This document shows, piece after piece, positions 1-10,200 of a stretch of DNA of 56,787 nt; position 1 is the first letter of the stretch, and each line of letters opens with the position of its first letter. The stretch comes from Patescibacteria group bacterium (lineage in GTDB: Bacteria > Patescibacteriota > Saccharimonadia > Saccharimonadales > Saccharimonadaceae), in assembly GCA_030156575.1 (NCBI GenBank), contig JASGMG010000001.1:1-56787 (forward strand). The letters are read 5' to 3'. The notes below the pieces were generated by a model. The model did no database searches, had not been told where the DNA came from, and saw only the letters and a list, made by a program, of their open reading frames with translations. Both the position numbers and the translations under genes were made by a program.

Positions 1-112
1 CATTGTTTGCAATAACAAGTCAGTTATAATGTGAGCCATACTAGGGGCTATTTCTATTATACTCAGTATAGCTTTGCTGTACTGATGTATCTATTTAAGA
101 TATAATAGTCTT

Positions 113-838
113 ATGAGTTCAAATAAACAGACATCTTTAGATTATGAGAAGCCAGTTGCTTATGATGCCAATGGTCAGCCGTTATATTTGCATCCACCTA
201 TAAAAAAGAATAGCTCAAAGGAGTCTCGTTCTTCGACTGGCAAGAAATCAACTATTAGTGACACGATTAAATTAAAACACGATAGATCGGTTGAGTTATA
301 TCCTGATATAAACTTAAGTGAAGGTGAATACGTTATTAGTGCAGTTAAACGTCACCCAATAGGTATGTTTATACCACTTTCGATTGGGGTGTTTCTAATA
401 TCTTTAGCGTTTATAGTATTATTCAACTTTGATTTAATTATTCAGGCTTTTCGATTAAATATTGGAATTACTGGATTTTCATTAATAGCTATATCTATGG
501 TCTTATTCATCATATTGATAGTTATAGGTACATATATATTTTATTATGTATACTCTAACAATAGATTCTATCTTACTAATGAGAGTGTTATTCAAGAAAT
601 TCAGACTGGAATATTTTCTAAATTAGAACAAACAGTTAGTTTATCTAATATAGAGGACGCAAGTTTCACTCAGATTGGAATAGCTCAGCAGATGTTTAAT
701 TATGGGTCTATCAGACTTAGTACCGAAGGGGAAGAGACTACTTATAGGTTTTCTTATGTCGCTAATCCGAAGAGTCACATTGCTATTATAAATAATGCAA
801 TTGAAGATTTTCAGAATTGTCGTTCATCTGATAATTAA
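113..838 (+). CDS. Membrane protein with bacterial PH (bPH_2, YdbT/YdbS-like) domain
   Basis: 241-aa ORF. Hydrophobic helices in the middle (FIPLSIGVFLISLAFIVLF, ISMVLFIILIVIGTYIFYYV) are flanked by 'LSEGEYVISAVKRHP' and 'YLTNESVIQE...SLSNIEDASFTQ...GSIRLSTEG', the pattern I associate with YdbT-like PH domains. Confidence 0.5.
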   Translation: MSSNKQTSLDYEKPVAYDANGQPLYLHPPIKKNSSKESRSSTGKKSTISDTIKLKHDRSVELYPDINLSEGEYVISAVKRHPIGMFIPLSIGVFLISLAFIVLFNFDLIIQAFRLNIGITGFSLIAISMVLFIILIVIGTYIFYYVYSNNRFYLTNESVIQEIQTGIFSKLEQTVSLSNIEDASFTQIGIAQQMFNYGSIRLSTEGEETTYRFSYVANPKSHIAIINNAIEDFQNCRSSDN

Positions 839-1231
839 TTATCTTTTATTAGTCTTTATAAAATCACCTTCATTTTCTAAAGTCGCTTTTAGGGTATAGC
901 TTTTGCATTTTTCGTTTACACAATTAGCTGGAGTGTAAGTATATGAGCTACCTGATGTATTTATCATTATATCGGTTGGATCGGTAAATAAAGTTGGATC
1001 CATTGATTTTAAGTTATCACTGTTAATTGACTGAGGATAATATTCGTTAGCGGGGTAAAACACTTCTTCTAAGCTATAATACATAGCATTTATTGCTGTT
1101 TTTCTGGCATTATCACGAGCGGCGATTTCTAGACTATTCTTTTGTATAAAAAATAGTATGCTAGCCGTTGCGACTAATACTGTAACAAATAATATTTCAA
1201 TAACCGTGAATCCATTAGTGTGTTTTTTCAT
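839..1231 (-). CDS. Prepilin-type N-terminal cleavage/methylation domain protein (pilin or pseudopilin-like)
   Basis: N-terminus MKKHTNG|FTVIEILFVTVLVATASILF matches the class III signal peptide motif (G-F-T-x-x-E plus hydrophobic helix). Small 130-aa protein. Confidence 0.7.
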   Translation of the reverse strand: MKKHTNGFTVIEILFVTVLVATASILFFIQKNSLEIAARDNARKTAINAMYYSLEEVFYPANEYYPQSINSDNLKSMDPTLFTDPTDIMINTSGSSYTYTPANCVNEKCKSYTLKATLENEGDFIKTNKR

Positions 1232-1304
1232 GATGAATCTATTATAGCAAATTATAGACTATCAAAGTATAATTAATATTATTGGTAATAGAGAGGTGAT
1301 TTTT

Positions 1305-2345
1305 ATGACAGCTAAAAAAGCAAAGACTGAGAAAGAATTAGGAGAGAAACCTACAGCAAGTGAAGGTAAATTGAAAGCTTTAGGGTTAGCCCAAGAACAA
1401 ATTAATAAACAATTTGGCGATGGAGCGATTCGTCGATTAGGAGACACTACGACTGTTGACGTAGAGCTTTTTAGTAGTGGTTCTTTATCTATTGACTTAG
1501 CGCTTGGCGGTGGTTATCCAAGGGGACGTATAATTGAGATCTATGGTCCAGAATCATCTGGAAAAACAACGCTTGCTTTACATGCAATTGCTGAAATTCA
1601 AAGATGTGGTGGGACGGCAGCTTTTATAGATGCTGAACATGCACTTGACCCTGCTTATGCACGCAAACTTGGTGTTGATACTGATAACTTATTAGTGTCA
1701 CAGCCAGATAACGGAGAACAGGCCCTTGAAATTGCTGAAACGTTAGTACGTTCAAATGCTGTTGATATGGTAGTAGTCGATTCTGTGGCGGCATTAGTAC
1801 CTCAAGCTGAAATTGACGGTGACATGGGTGATAGCCATATGGGGCTTCAGGCGCGATTAATGAGCCAAGCTTTACGTAAATTAACAGGTATTATAAATAA
1901 AAGTAAAACGACTGTACTCTTTATAAATCAAATTCGTATGAAAATTGGTGTTATGTTTGGTAACCCAGAGACGACGACTGGCGGAAACGCATTGAAGTTT
2001 TATGCGTCTGTTAGGATTGATATTCGCCGAATTGGACAGATAAAATCAGGTGAGGATATTATTGGTAATCGAACGAAGGTTAAAATCGTTAAGAATAAGA
2101 TTGCTCCACCTTTTCGCATTGCTGAATTTGATATTATGTACAATGAAGGAATTAGTAAGACTGGTGATGTTCTTGATTTGGCCGTTCAACACGAGATTGT
2201 TGGTAAGGCTGGAGCTTGGTTCGATTATGCCGATGCTAAGATTGGCCAAGGTCGCGAAGCTAGCAAACTTTATTTAAAGGAAAATCCAAAGGTTTTGGCT
2301 GAAATTGAGGCTAAGGTTCGTGCAAAGGTTGCTGAACAAAGTTAG
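1305..2345 (+). CDS. recA: Recombinase RecA
   Basis: Walker A '[12 protein letters not shown]', '[12 protein letters not shown]', 'VVVDSVAAL' and '[33 protein letters not shown]' are canonical RecA blocks. ATG at 1305 follows GAGAGGTG. The track's GTG at 1296 lies inside that RBS, so the ATG is preferred. Confidence 0.97.
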   Translation: MTAKKAKTEKELGEKPTASEGKLKALGLAQEQINKQFGDGAIRRLGDTTTVDVELFSSGSLSIDLALGGGYPRGRIIEIYGPESSGKTTLALHAIAEIQRCGGTAAFIDAEHALDPAYARKLGVDTDNLLVSQPDNGEQALEIAETLVRSNAVDMVVVDSVAALVPQAEIDGDMGDSHMGLQARLMSQALRKLTGIINKSKTTVLFINQIRMKIGVMFGNPETTTGGNALKFYASVRIDIRRIGQIKSGEDIIGNRTKVKIVKNKIAPPFRIAEFDIMYNEGISKTGDVLDLAVQHEIVGKAGAWFDYADAKIGQGREASKLYLKENPKVLAEIEAKVRAKVAEQS

Positions 2346-2368
2346 GGTTAAGAGTTCAAAATAGGCTT

Positions 2369-3004
2369 ATGATAATTTCATCTATTACTCCTCAAACACG
2401 TAATAAAAATCGTGTAAATATTTCAGTGGATGGGGTTTATCGATTTAGCTTGGATGTTTATCAATTAGTAGATTTGAATATTAAAATTGGGCGTGAATGT
2501 AATGAAGCTGAGTTAGTTGCATTAGAACAAGAAAGTGAGTTTGGTAAGGCGTATAGTCGAGCTCTTGAATATTGTTTAATGCGTCCTCACAGTGTTGGTG
2601 AGATTAAGGACTATTTATATCGCAAAACTAAATCAACTAGAAATAAAAAAGGTGAAATTAAAGCTGGTTTGTCGTCTGAAATAACCGTCCGTATACTTGC
2701 TCGTTTGACTGAAAAAGGTTATGTTAGTGATGAAAAATTTGCTAGATATTGGGTAGAGAATAGAAGTTTAACTAAAGGCTCTAGCCGGCGTAAATTAATT
2801 TCAGAGTTACGTTCCAAAGGCGTTAGTAGCATAATTATTGAGCAAGTACTAAAGGACACTGAACGTGATGATAGTCAAGAAATTCAAAAAATAATCCTTA
2901 AGAAAAGACAACGTTACTCGGATGAAAAGAAGTTAATAGCATATCTGGCAAGGTTAGGCTTTGATTACGATACTATTAAACAGGCTTTGTCGAAAGAATT
3001 ATAA
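2369..3004 (+). CDS. recX: Regulatory protein RecX
   Basis: Lies immediately downstream of recA on the same strand. Repeated helical 'ALEYCLMRPHSVGEIKDYLYRK', 'ILARLTEKGYVSDEKFARYWVENR' and 'LARLGFDYDTIKQAL' modules are typical of RecX. Confidence 0.8.
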   Translation: MIISSITPQTRNKNRVNISVDGVYRFSLDVYQLVDLNIKIGRECNEAELVALEQESEFGKAYSRALEYCLMRPHSVGEIKDYLYRKTKSTRNKKGEIKAGLSSEITVRILARLTEKGYVSDEKFARYWVENRSLTKGSSRRKLISELRSKGVSSIIIEQVLKDTERDDSQEIQKIILKKRQRYSDEKKLIAYLARLGFDYDTIKQALSKEL

Positions 3005-3574
3005 TTCAGTACTGTCTGTTTGTGGCGATTGTGACCTAAATGGGTTCATATAGGTAAGTTTAGTAGGTTTTTCTATCGGGCTAAGTTTTTTAGCAGTTGT
3101 CTTGACAATTATTTTGTAATCATTTATTTCGATAATTTGAGAACGGTGTATGAGCAACGTTGTTTCGGTCAAACTTCTTATAATTCCTCGATTTGCATTT
3201 ATTTGTTGAATAACGAAACTATCAGTGTCAATGCTGTAATCGGCCACTTTACCGAGTTTATGTTTCATTTCATCAACAACACCTATTCCGATTAAATTGA
3301 AATTTAATTCATATATTTTTTGAATCGAGATAACGTCTTTAATGCCTACAAATTCATCACTGCTATCTATAATTAGCCCAATGTCACTTAGTTCACGAAC
3401 ATCAGCAATTCTTATAAAAGAGGGGCGCTCGGATAAAAGTGGTCCATCAACTTCATAAGCAATAACTGTTAAGTTACTAGGATCTATAATTGGTCTTTTT
3501 GTGACTGCTAGCTTTGAGCCGGTTTGTAGGCCCATGACTGGTATATTTATTAATCGAGATCCAAGTATTAGCAT
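2999..3574 (-). CDS. PRC-barrel domain protein (two tandem copies)
   Basis: 'LINIPVMGLQTGSKLAVTKRPIIDPSNLTVIAYEVDG' and a second 'VVDEMKHKLGKVADYSIDTDSFVIQQINA' segment resemble PRC-barrel (YlmC/YmxH-like) repeats. Its 3' end overlaps recX convergently by 6 nt. Confidence 0.45.
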   Translation of the reverse strand: MLILGSRLINIPVMGLQTGSKLAVTKRPIIDPSNLTVIAYEVDGPLLSERPSFIRIADVRELSDIGLIIDSSDEFVGIKDVISIQKIYELNFNLIGIGVVDEMKHKLGKVADYSIDTDSFVIQQINANRGIIRSLTETTLLIHRSQIIEINDYKIIVKTTAKKLSPIEKPTKLTYMNPFRSQSPQTDSTEL

Positions 3575-3610
3575 AGTACCATTATAATTGTTTTTTCCAT
3601 TTGTTGCTAA

Positions 3611-3931
3611 TTATTCAGAAAATGGGTTTATTCTACCCGAAGGTAGTGTTTGACCTTCTGTGTTCTCTTCAACTGTTTTTAGGTTGTTTATACTATTGAG
3701 CGTTGCTTGGTCAACTATTGTATCTTCAATAACTATTTGCTTAGTATTGTCGACAGTTTGATTTACGATCTTCGTTAGTGTCATTACGGCGAATATTAAT
3801 CCTACTGATATTATCACTATAAATATAACTAAGTTATATCTTTTAATGAGGTTTTTAATAACCTTTATAATATTAAAATTACTAGTCTCAGTTTTATTTT
3901 TTTTCTTATTGTCTTTGTTCATGTTATTCAT
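3611..3931 (-). CDS. Small single-pass membrane protein, last gene of the pil operon
   Basis: 106 aa. Basic N-terminus, then one TM helix (LVIFIVIISVGLIFAVMTL). Its start overlaps the upstream pilO-like stop (ATGA-type overlap), which implies co-translation. Confidence 0.4.
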   Translation of the reverse strand: MNNMNKDNKKKNKTETSNFNIIKVIKNLIKRYNLVIFIVIISVGLIFAVMTLTKIVNQTVDNTKQIVIEDTIVDQATLNSINNLKTVEENTEGQTLPSGRINPFSE

Positions 3932-4470
3932 CGTGTATATATCTCTATAGTTAATGGTTCGACTTCAACGTAGCCTTGAATGCCTGTGGTTGGTTTAATA
4001 TTAATTCCAGTTAGTTGCATTTTTGGTATACTAGTTTCGATTGCTTTTAAGAAATTTATCATATCTGTGAATTTAATTGAATCATTTAATGTTATTGTTA
4101 TGGAGCTTGATGTCGTGTTGAATGTCTGTTGATTAAAACTATAACCTTTAATACTTATATTATTTATCGAAGCATATTTTTCTAGATTATCTATGGTTTG
4201 ATTTTGATAGTTTTGGGATGGTGTAAATAATAAGTTTGCTTTAGTGGCAGGTGTTTGGTATATTGTTATCTCATTTTGTAGCTTTAGAATAGACGCACTA
4301 TTCTTTATTGCCGTAGCTGAAGTATTTGTTGATTTATTATTCTCGATAATCTGGGCATTCAGCCAATTTTGTGTAAAATAAAATCCAAGTGTTAGCACAG
4401 TTATTAATAATAGGATACTAACAATCATAAATTTTTGTAGTGAGGTTGCTTTCATTTGATGTTTTTTCAT
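3928..4470 (-). CDS. PilO-like type IV pilus assembly protein
   Basis: 180 aa. N-terminal TM helix followed by a periplasm-type domain. Sits directly after the pilM and pilN-like genes with overlapping stop/start. Called from position and topology only. Confidence 0.5.
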   Translation of the reverse strand: MKKHQMKATSLQKFMIVSILLLITVLTLGFYFTQNWLNAQIIENNKSTNTSATAIKNSASILKLQNEITIYQTPATKANLLFTPSQNYQNQTIDNLEKYASINNISIKGYSFNQQTFNTTSSSITITLNDSIKFTDMINFLKAIETSIPKMQLTGINIKPTTGIQGYVEVEPLTIEIYTR

Positions 4471-5027
4471 TGCAAAGCCCCCTTATTTATAGATAAGTTT
4501 ATAACAACAGATACTGGATACCCTGACGAGTCTCCTGCTATAGTCTCAATTGATTGGACATTAGAATTTTTTAATAGAGCTGAGCTTTTAAGATTATCTT
4601 TTATCTTTTGGGCGTCGTTAGTTGACTGAGCTTTTACTTGCAATGACGTTGGCGAATTGATTCCGTCATTAGTTAGAGCTAATGATTCCAATACCGTACC
4701 TGATGGTAATATAGCTCCTAATTCTGTTATTATTTTGCTGTATGGTATTTGTTTATCAAGTATTTTTTTAGCATTTGAAAAACTTAACTTAAAGTTATCG
4801 AGTTGGGCTTTATTTGAGTCGTAAGCCACAATTTCTCCTTGAGTGCTCGATGAGTTAGCTTTCGTGCTTTCACTGTTCATCGCTATCATATAAGCCACTC
4901 CACAAGCCAATATTAAGAAGACACTAGCACAGCCTAATAGAAATAAATATTTAATTAATGTTACGTTCGTATGGGCGGCATGAAGCTGTTTCTTTGTCTC
5001 GTCAGGTAATAAATTTATCATTTCCAA
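4467..5027 (-). CDS. PilN-like type IV pilus assembly protein
   Basis: N-terminal 'INLLPDE' motif followed by a single TM helix (YLFLLGCASVFLILACGVAYMI), the hallmark PilN arrangement. Overlaps the pilM stop. Confidence 0.6.
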   Translation of the reverse strand: MEMINLLPDETKKQLHAAHTNVTLIKYLFLLGCASVFLILACGVAYMIAMNSESTKANSSSTQGEIVAYDSNKAQLDNFKLSFSNAKKILDKQIPYSKIITELGAILPSGTVLESLALTNDGINSPTSLQVKAQSTNDAQKIKDNLKSSALLKNSNVQSIETIAGDSSGYPVSVVINLSINKGALQ

Positions 5028-6073
5028 ATTTCCTTTGGTGGTATTATGGATAACCCAGCAACTGTTATGTATCTTGATCGAAGTTGTCTAACAGGTTCTG
5101 GTAATTTGCCAAAATCTAGTTTTTGCCATGGACTGGCTACTCGGGCGGGCATTATTAGTTCGTTTGTAAAATATTCTCCTATACCAGGTACGTTACTACC
5201 ACTACCAACGACTAATAGTTGTTCTAGCTTACGGTCGTCACTTATACGTTCATTGTAATAACGTATAACCTTACGAGTTTCTGTAATTATTTGTTTCAAA
5301 CTTGGTTCTATAGCACCTTTAATTTTTGCTTGTCGAGGTCCAGCATTAAGACCATTTAATACTTTTAGTTGATGCGCATTTTCTAATGTGATTTCGAGCT
5401 TTTTCGCAATATCTAGAGTAAATGTGTTACCTCCAAGCGGAATACTGCTAGTTACACGGATTGCATTTCTATCAAGTATTGCAATATCGGTACTAGCTGG
5501 TCCAATATCTACAATAACGCTCGGTAGATTGCCGTCTTCAGTCTTTGTTAGTAGACGCGCAACAGCACTCATACTAGGCTCTACCAGGCTTACTCTTAGC
5601 CCCGCATCTTCAGCTGCACATATACATTTATCAATTATTGTTTTGGCTACTGCGCTCATTAGGATTGTTATTTCTTTTTTATTGCGCTCTACTATTTCAT
5701 AGTCAATATATAATGTTGAGGCTGGCAATGGTATGTACTGGTCTACTTCTAAACCAACTGCATCTTTTAGCTTTTTTTCAACAGAGATAGGTAAATTAAA
5801 TGTTCTAGAAAAACTTCGAGCTGTTGGGATGCTTATTGCAACGTGGTTACTTGGTAGTGAGCCAATTATCTTTTCTTTTATGAGCAGTTTTACATTATCT
5901 GCTAAATAAGTGCTGGTTCCCTCTAGTGATTCTTTCATTTTTTGTGGATTTAGATCCATCGATCCATAACCAAGAACTAACCATCTTTTATTGTCGATAG
6001 CCATAATTTTAATACCAGTACTACTGATATCAAGACCGATTATTTGTTTATCTGTATATATTAATTTCGTCAT
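5018..6073 (-). CDS. pilM: Type IV pilus assembly protein PilM (actin-like ATPase fold)
   Basis: 351 aa. 'IIGLDISSTGIKIMAI' and 'VIVDIGPASTDIAIL' are phosphate-binding motifs of the actin/Hsp70 fold. Operon context with pilN, pilO, pilC and pilB. Confidence 0.8.
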   Translation of the reverse strand: MTKLIYTDKQIIGLDISSTGIKIMAIDNKRWLVLGYGSMDLNPQKMKESLEGTSTYLADNVKLLIKEKIIGSLPSNHVAISIPTARSFSRTFNLPISVEKKLKDAVGLEVDQYIPLPASTLYIDYEIVERNKKEITILMSAVAKTIIDKCICAAEDAGLRVSLVEPSMSAVARLLTKTEDGNLPSVIVDIGPASTDIAILDRNAIRVTSSIPLGGNTFTLDIAKKLEITLENAHQLKVLNGLNAGPRQAKIKGAIEPSLKQIITETRKVIRYYNERISDDRKLEQLLVVGSGSNVPGIGEYFTNELIMPARVASPWQKLDFGKLPEPVRQLRSRYITVAGLSIIPPKEIWK

Positions 6074-6133
6074 TTATGCCCACTGATGTTTGCTAACTAT
6101 TATTATAACATGAGCGTATTGGTTTCATAGCTA

Positions 6134-7363
6134 TTATTTAATGTTTTGAGATAAACTAGCGATTGGCAACATAACACTGGCCGCGATCAAGCCAACCATG
6201 CCACCCATTATTACAATCATAATTGGTTCTATGATTGAACTTATACTTCCAATTGCAGTATCTACTTCTTCTTCATAAAAATCAGCCACCTTTACAAAGA
6301 CTTTTTCTGTTTGACCTGTTTCTTCGCCGACTAAAAGCATTTGAGATACAATAGGTGGAAATAGTGGATTAGCTTCAATAACAGAAGATAGCGATTTGCC
6401 GTTTTTCACTTCTATCTCTGCTTCTAGTAGAGCTTTTTCATAAACAGCGTTGCCAACAGCTCTCGATGTTACACTTAGGGTTTCTAATACAGCGACTCCA
6501 GCTTCTATTAATGCTGAGAATGTTCTTGCGAAATGCGCTACGGCAACTTTCATTACAATTACTCTTATGATCGGTATTTTCAGTAGTAAGCTATGAAATT
6601 GGAATTTGCCTCTCTCTGTTTTAATGTACCTTATAATTACATAAGTTACGCCAAAAAAAACTCCAATTATTATATACCAATAATTTATAATGATGCTACT
6701 AATTTTTAACATTACTAATGTTATTCCTGGCAGTTTAGCATCTGGTCCACCTAAGTCTGTTAATATCTTACCAATTTGTGGAATAACAAAAAGCATCAAT
6801 CCGAAAAAAGCTAATATTGTTATGGTTATTAGGACTATTGGGTAGGCCATAGAACTTCTAATCTTTTTTCGCATTGCCATGCTTTTTTCTTGTTGAATCG
6901 CTAGTCTTTTTAGAATATCATCTAGAATTCCAGCCGCTTCACCAGCGCGTACCATATTTACATACACATCGTTAAATGTGTTAGGGTATTTTGCCATAGC
7001 ATCTCCAAGGTTTGCTCCGGCTTCAACATCATGAATTATATCTACTAATATTTTTTTTAATGTTGGGCTCTCAGCAATATGTTCAGATAGGGCAGTTAGG
7101 GCTCGTAATATTGGCACACCTGCACTGACCATAGCACTTAATTGTCTAGTAAACATAACTAGTTGATCTGATTTTACTTTGTTCCCACCCAGCAAGCTTT
7201 TTAGATTAAAGCTTTTTGTCTTTTGTTTGGCTTCAGTTACACTAACTGGTCGTAGACCTTGTTTTATTAGCGCCTCAATTGCAGCTGCACGCGTTAATTG
7301 ATCAATTTCACTATTAATTGCTTTACCATCGTTATTGATTGCTATGTATGAGAATATTGGCAT
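6134..7363 (-). CDS. pilC: Type IV pilus platform protein PilC (T2SS F family)
   Basis: 409 aa. Duplicated T2SSF domains ('LVMFTRQLSAMVSAGVPILRAL' and 'VAHFARTFSALIEAGVAVLETL') with 3 TM segments. Adjacent to pilB. Confidence 0.85.
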   Translation of the reverse strand: MPIFSYIAINNDGKAINSEIDQLTRAAAIEALIKQGLRPVSVTEAKQKTKSFNLKSLLGGNKVKSDQLVMFTRQLSAMVSAGVPILRALTALSEHIAESPTLKKILVDIIHDVEAGANLGDAMAKYPNTFNDVYVNMVRAGEAAGILDDILKRLAIQQEKSMAMRKKIRSSMAYPIVLITITILAFFGLMLFVIPQIGKILTDLGGPDAKLPGITLVMLKISSIIINYWYIIIGVFFGVTYVIIRYIKTERGKFQFHSLLLKIPIIRVIVMKVAVAHFARTFSALIEAGVAVLETLSVTSRAVGNAVYEKALLEAEIEVKNGKSLSSVIEANPLFPPIVSQMLLVGEETGQTEKVFVKVADFYEEEVDTAIGSISSIIEPIMIVIMGGMVGLIAASVMLPIASLSQNIK

Positions 7364-7364
7364 A

Positions 7365-9146
7365 TTAGTTTTTAGTTACCCTAATTACTTCTTCTATGGT
7401 TGTTTCACCACGAAGTGCTTTTATAAGTCCATCGATTTGCATTTTTACCATTCCATCAATAACTGACTGTTCTTGTATTTGATTACTAGTAGCATTAGTT
7501 ACTATTAGCTTCTGTATTGAAATTGAATTAGTTAAAACCTCATATATGCCAACACGACCTTTATATCCATTTAATGTGCCATCTTTGTTGTCGTTAGGAT
7601 CGGCTTTCCACAATGTATTTATACCATTTTCATCAGTACTTAGTGGCGTATCACCTCCAACGCCTTCTGCGGCGGCTTGTTTTTCTAGTTGGTGGATGTA
7701 GCTAAAATGTTGGTCTGTTTTTAATCCAAATAGATCGATTATCATCTTTTTTTCTTCTTCACTCGGTGTATAACTTTTTCTGGTTTCTTTGTTTATTTTA
7801 CGGACGAGTCTTTGTCCAACAACTGCTCGTATAGTACTAGCTATTAAGAATGGTTCTATGCCCATATCAAGAAGTCGAGGTAGGCATGTTGCAGCATCGT
7901 TTGTGTGTAACGTGCTGAAAACTAAGTGACCAGTTAATGCAGATTGAACGCTTAAATCTGCGGTTTCACTGTCCCTGATCTCACCAATCATTATAATATT
8001 TGGGTCTTGACGCAATAATGCCCTTAACCCATTGGCGAATGTCATGCCCGCTTTAGAATTAGTTTGAGTTTGGTTAACGCCTGGAATCTTATATTCAACT
8101 GGATCTTCTATAGTTGATATATTTACGTTAGGTGTGTTAAGTATCGTTAAAATACTAAATAAGCTGGTAGACTTACCACTTCCAGTCGGCCCTGTTACCA
8201 ATATCATGCCATTCGCTTCTTTTAAAGCTTCTTTAATGTCTACTAGAGATTTCCCCCAATATCCTAGTGATTCGAGTGAAACTGCTTGATTTGATTCATC
8301 TAATATACGCATCACAACCTTTTCGCCATCAGATACTGGTAACGTACTAACACGTAATGCATATTGTTTACCGCCAACTTTTATTTTGAAACGTCCATCT
8401 TGAGGTATACGATGTTCGTCAATCTTTAAGTTGCTTAAGATTTTTATGCGACTAACTAGAGAATTCACTACGTTACGAGGTAATCGGTTTACTTCTTTTA
8501 AAACACCGTCTATTCGATATCGTATCTGAACAAAACCTTCGCGAGGTTCGATGTGAATATCGCTAGCATGCGAACGAATAGCATATTCTAGTAATAAATT
8601 TATAGTTTGGGCTATTGGCGAATTCTCAGCCACTTCTTGTTCACTAATTGGCTCATTTTCTGTGTCATCTGTGCGTTGAATGTCAATAACTTCGTTTAAC
8701 TCTTGATTAACATCACCTCGATAGGCTTCTAGAGCGGATATAATATTATCGTGTGGCGCAATATATACGATCGTATTAGTGCCGATTTGTTTTTCAATAA
8801 AGTTAACAGCCTGAACATCATCTGGATCATCCATGGCTAAATGAGAGGTGCCATTTTCGTCAATCTTAAATAAAATTGCATTGTATTGGCGTGCGATTCT
8901 TTCGGGGATCTTGTTTAGTACGTCAGATGGTATGTCTGATGAATTGATCTCTATGTATGGGATTTGTGTATAATCGGCAAATAATTTAGTTAATGTTTTA
9001 TCTTTGATTATTTGGTTTTGTAAGGCGACTTCTTGAAGTGAGCGATTCGAACTACCACTCTCTTTTTTAAGAGAGTTAATTTGCTCAGTAGTGGCTATTC
9101 CACTGCGTAGGAGCAACTTTTCCATCGTGGTGTCTGAAATACGCAT
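7365..9146 (-). CDS. pilB: Type IV pilus assembly ATPase PilB (GspE family)
   Basis: 593 aa. Walker A 'GPTGSGKST', Walker B/Asp box 'IIMIGEIRDSETA' and His box 'GHLVFSTLHTNDA', with an N-terminal GspE_N-like domain. Confidence 0.9.
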   Translation of the reverse strand: MRISDTTMEKLLLRSGIATTEQINSLKKESGSSNRSLQEVALQNQIIKDKTLTKLFADYTQIPYIEINSSDIPSDVLNKIPERIARQYNAILFKIDENGTSHLAMDDPDDVQAVNFIEKQIGTNTIVYIAPHDNIISALEAYRGDVNQELNEVIDIQRTDDTENEPISEQEVAENSPIAQTINLLLEYAIRSHASDIHIEPREGFVQIRYRIDGVLKEVNRLPRNVVNSLVSRIKILSNLKIDEHRIPQDGRFKIKVGGKQYALRVSTLPVSDGEKVVMRILDESNQAVSLESLGYWGKSLVDIKEALKEANGMILVTGPTGSGKSTSLFSILTILNTPNVNISTIEDPVEYKIPGVNQTQTNSKAGMTFANGLRALLRQDPNIIMIGEIRDSETADLSVQSALTGHLVFSTLHTNDAATCLPRLLDMGIEPFLIASTIRAVVGQRLVRKINKETRKSYTPSEEEKKMIIDLFGLKTDQHFSYIHQLEKQAAAEGVGGDTPLSTDENGINTLWKADPNDNKDGTLNGYKGRVGIYEVLTNSISIQKLIVTNATSNQIQEQSVIDGMVKMQIDGLIKALRGETTIEEVIRVTKN

Positions 9147-9203
9147 ATTGCTTGTGTCTATTGTAGCTGACGATAAGAAAAAGTGCTAGATGCTATAATA
9201 ATT

Positions 9204-9671
9204 ATGATGATTTTTATAAAAATTGATAACGAAGATGATATGAAAACTTTTGGTGAAAGTCTTGGCAAATTATTGCAAGGTGGAGAATTTATAGAATTAA
9301 TTGGTGATGTCGGCGCAGGTAAAACAACGCTTGTTAAAGGTATTGCTGTTGGATTAGGCGTAGAGGAACAAGTTCAAAGCCCTAGTTTTACTATTAGTCG
9401 TGTCTACAATGGAAGAAATAACATAGTATTAGCTCATTATGATTTCTATCGGTTAAAAGACGCTGGAATTATGGAGAATGAACTGAAAGAGACAATTGGT
9501 GATTCTAATACGATCACTATTGTTGAATGGTCAGGAGCTGTAGTGAAAACTTTGCCAATTGACCGATTGTCTGTTAACATAACTTCACCGACAGAAGACT
9601 CTCGAGAGATTGTTATTGATCATGGTGGAGATTTAAGTGATAAATTAGAAAAACAACTTGGACTATTATGA
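9204..9671 (+). CDS. tsaE: tRNA t6A37 biosynthesis ATPase TsaE
   Basis: 'ELIGDVGAGKTTLVKG' P-loop, 'SPSFTI' and 'HYDFYRL' motifs. ATG at 9204 is preferred over the track's GTG at 9183. Confidence 0.8.
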   Translation: MMIFIKIDNEDDMKTFGESLGKLLQGGEFIELIGDVGAGKTTLVKGIAVGLGVEEQVQSPSFTISRVYNGRNNIVLAHYDFYRLKDAGIMENELKETIGDSNTITIVEWSGAVVKTLPIDRLSVNITSPTEDSREIVIDHGGDLSDKLEKQLGLL

Positions 9672-10072
9672 TTATATTGTTAGACACTAGCACTTCTTTA
9701 TGTAAATTGACTTTTATTGATGGTGATAAAATCCATAATAGTGAATGGCAAGCAGGTAGAGGTCTTGCCAAGGGGTTGTTAAGTTATATAGATAAAGAAC
9801 TCTTTTTATTTGACAAGAAATGGTCAGAAATAACTGCTATTTGTGTGTTTAAAGGTCCTGGTAGCTTTACTGGATTGAGAATTGGTATTACTGTTATGAA
9901 CACTATTGCTGATGCTAATAACATTCCTATCGTTGGTGGTAGTGGTGAAAATTGGCAGAATGAAACTATATCTAAATTGGCGGATGGTAAAAATGATAAA
10001 ATAGTTATACCATTATATGGTAGTGAGCCAAATATTACTTGCGCCAATAGTACAAAAAAGGTTACTATATAG
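9668..10072 (+). CDS. tsaB: TsaB-like protein (short form)
   Basis: 'ILLDTST' and 'GPGSFTGLRIGITVMNTIA' are the conserved TsaB/YeaZ N-terminal motifs. Only 134 aa. 4-nt overlap with tsaE. Confidence 0.65.
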   Translation: MIILLDTSTSLCKLTFIDGDKIHNSEWQAGRGLAKGLLSYIDKELFLFDKKWSEITAICVFKGPGSFTGLRIGITVMNTIADANNIPIVGGSGENWQNETISKLADGKNDKIVIPLYGSEPNITCANSTKKVTI

Positions 10073-10200
10073 GTAGTTCTTATTTAGAACTCTGAATAAT
10101 TTTTTGAAGATAACGCATTAGACCAATTGATTCTTTAGTACAAGCATATACTTTATACTGGTAATAAAGTTTAGAGGCCTAGGCGAAGAAAGGTACAACT

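Noticed and set aside
836-841. Abutting convergent stop codons (TAA|TTA within TAATTAATTA) leave zero intergenic distance between 113..838 and 839..1231.
   Set aside because: This is just extreme gene packing in a compact genome. No hairpin or other structure is associated with it.
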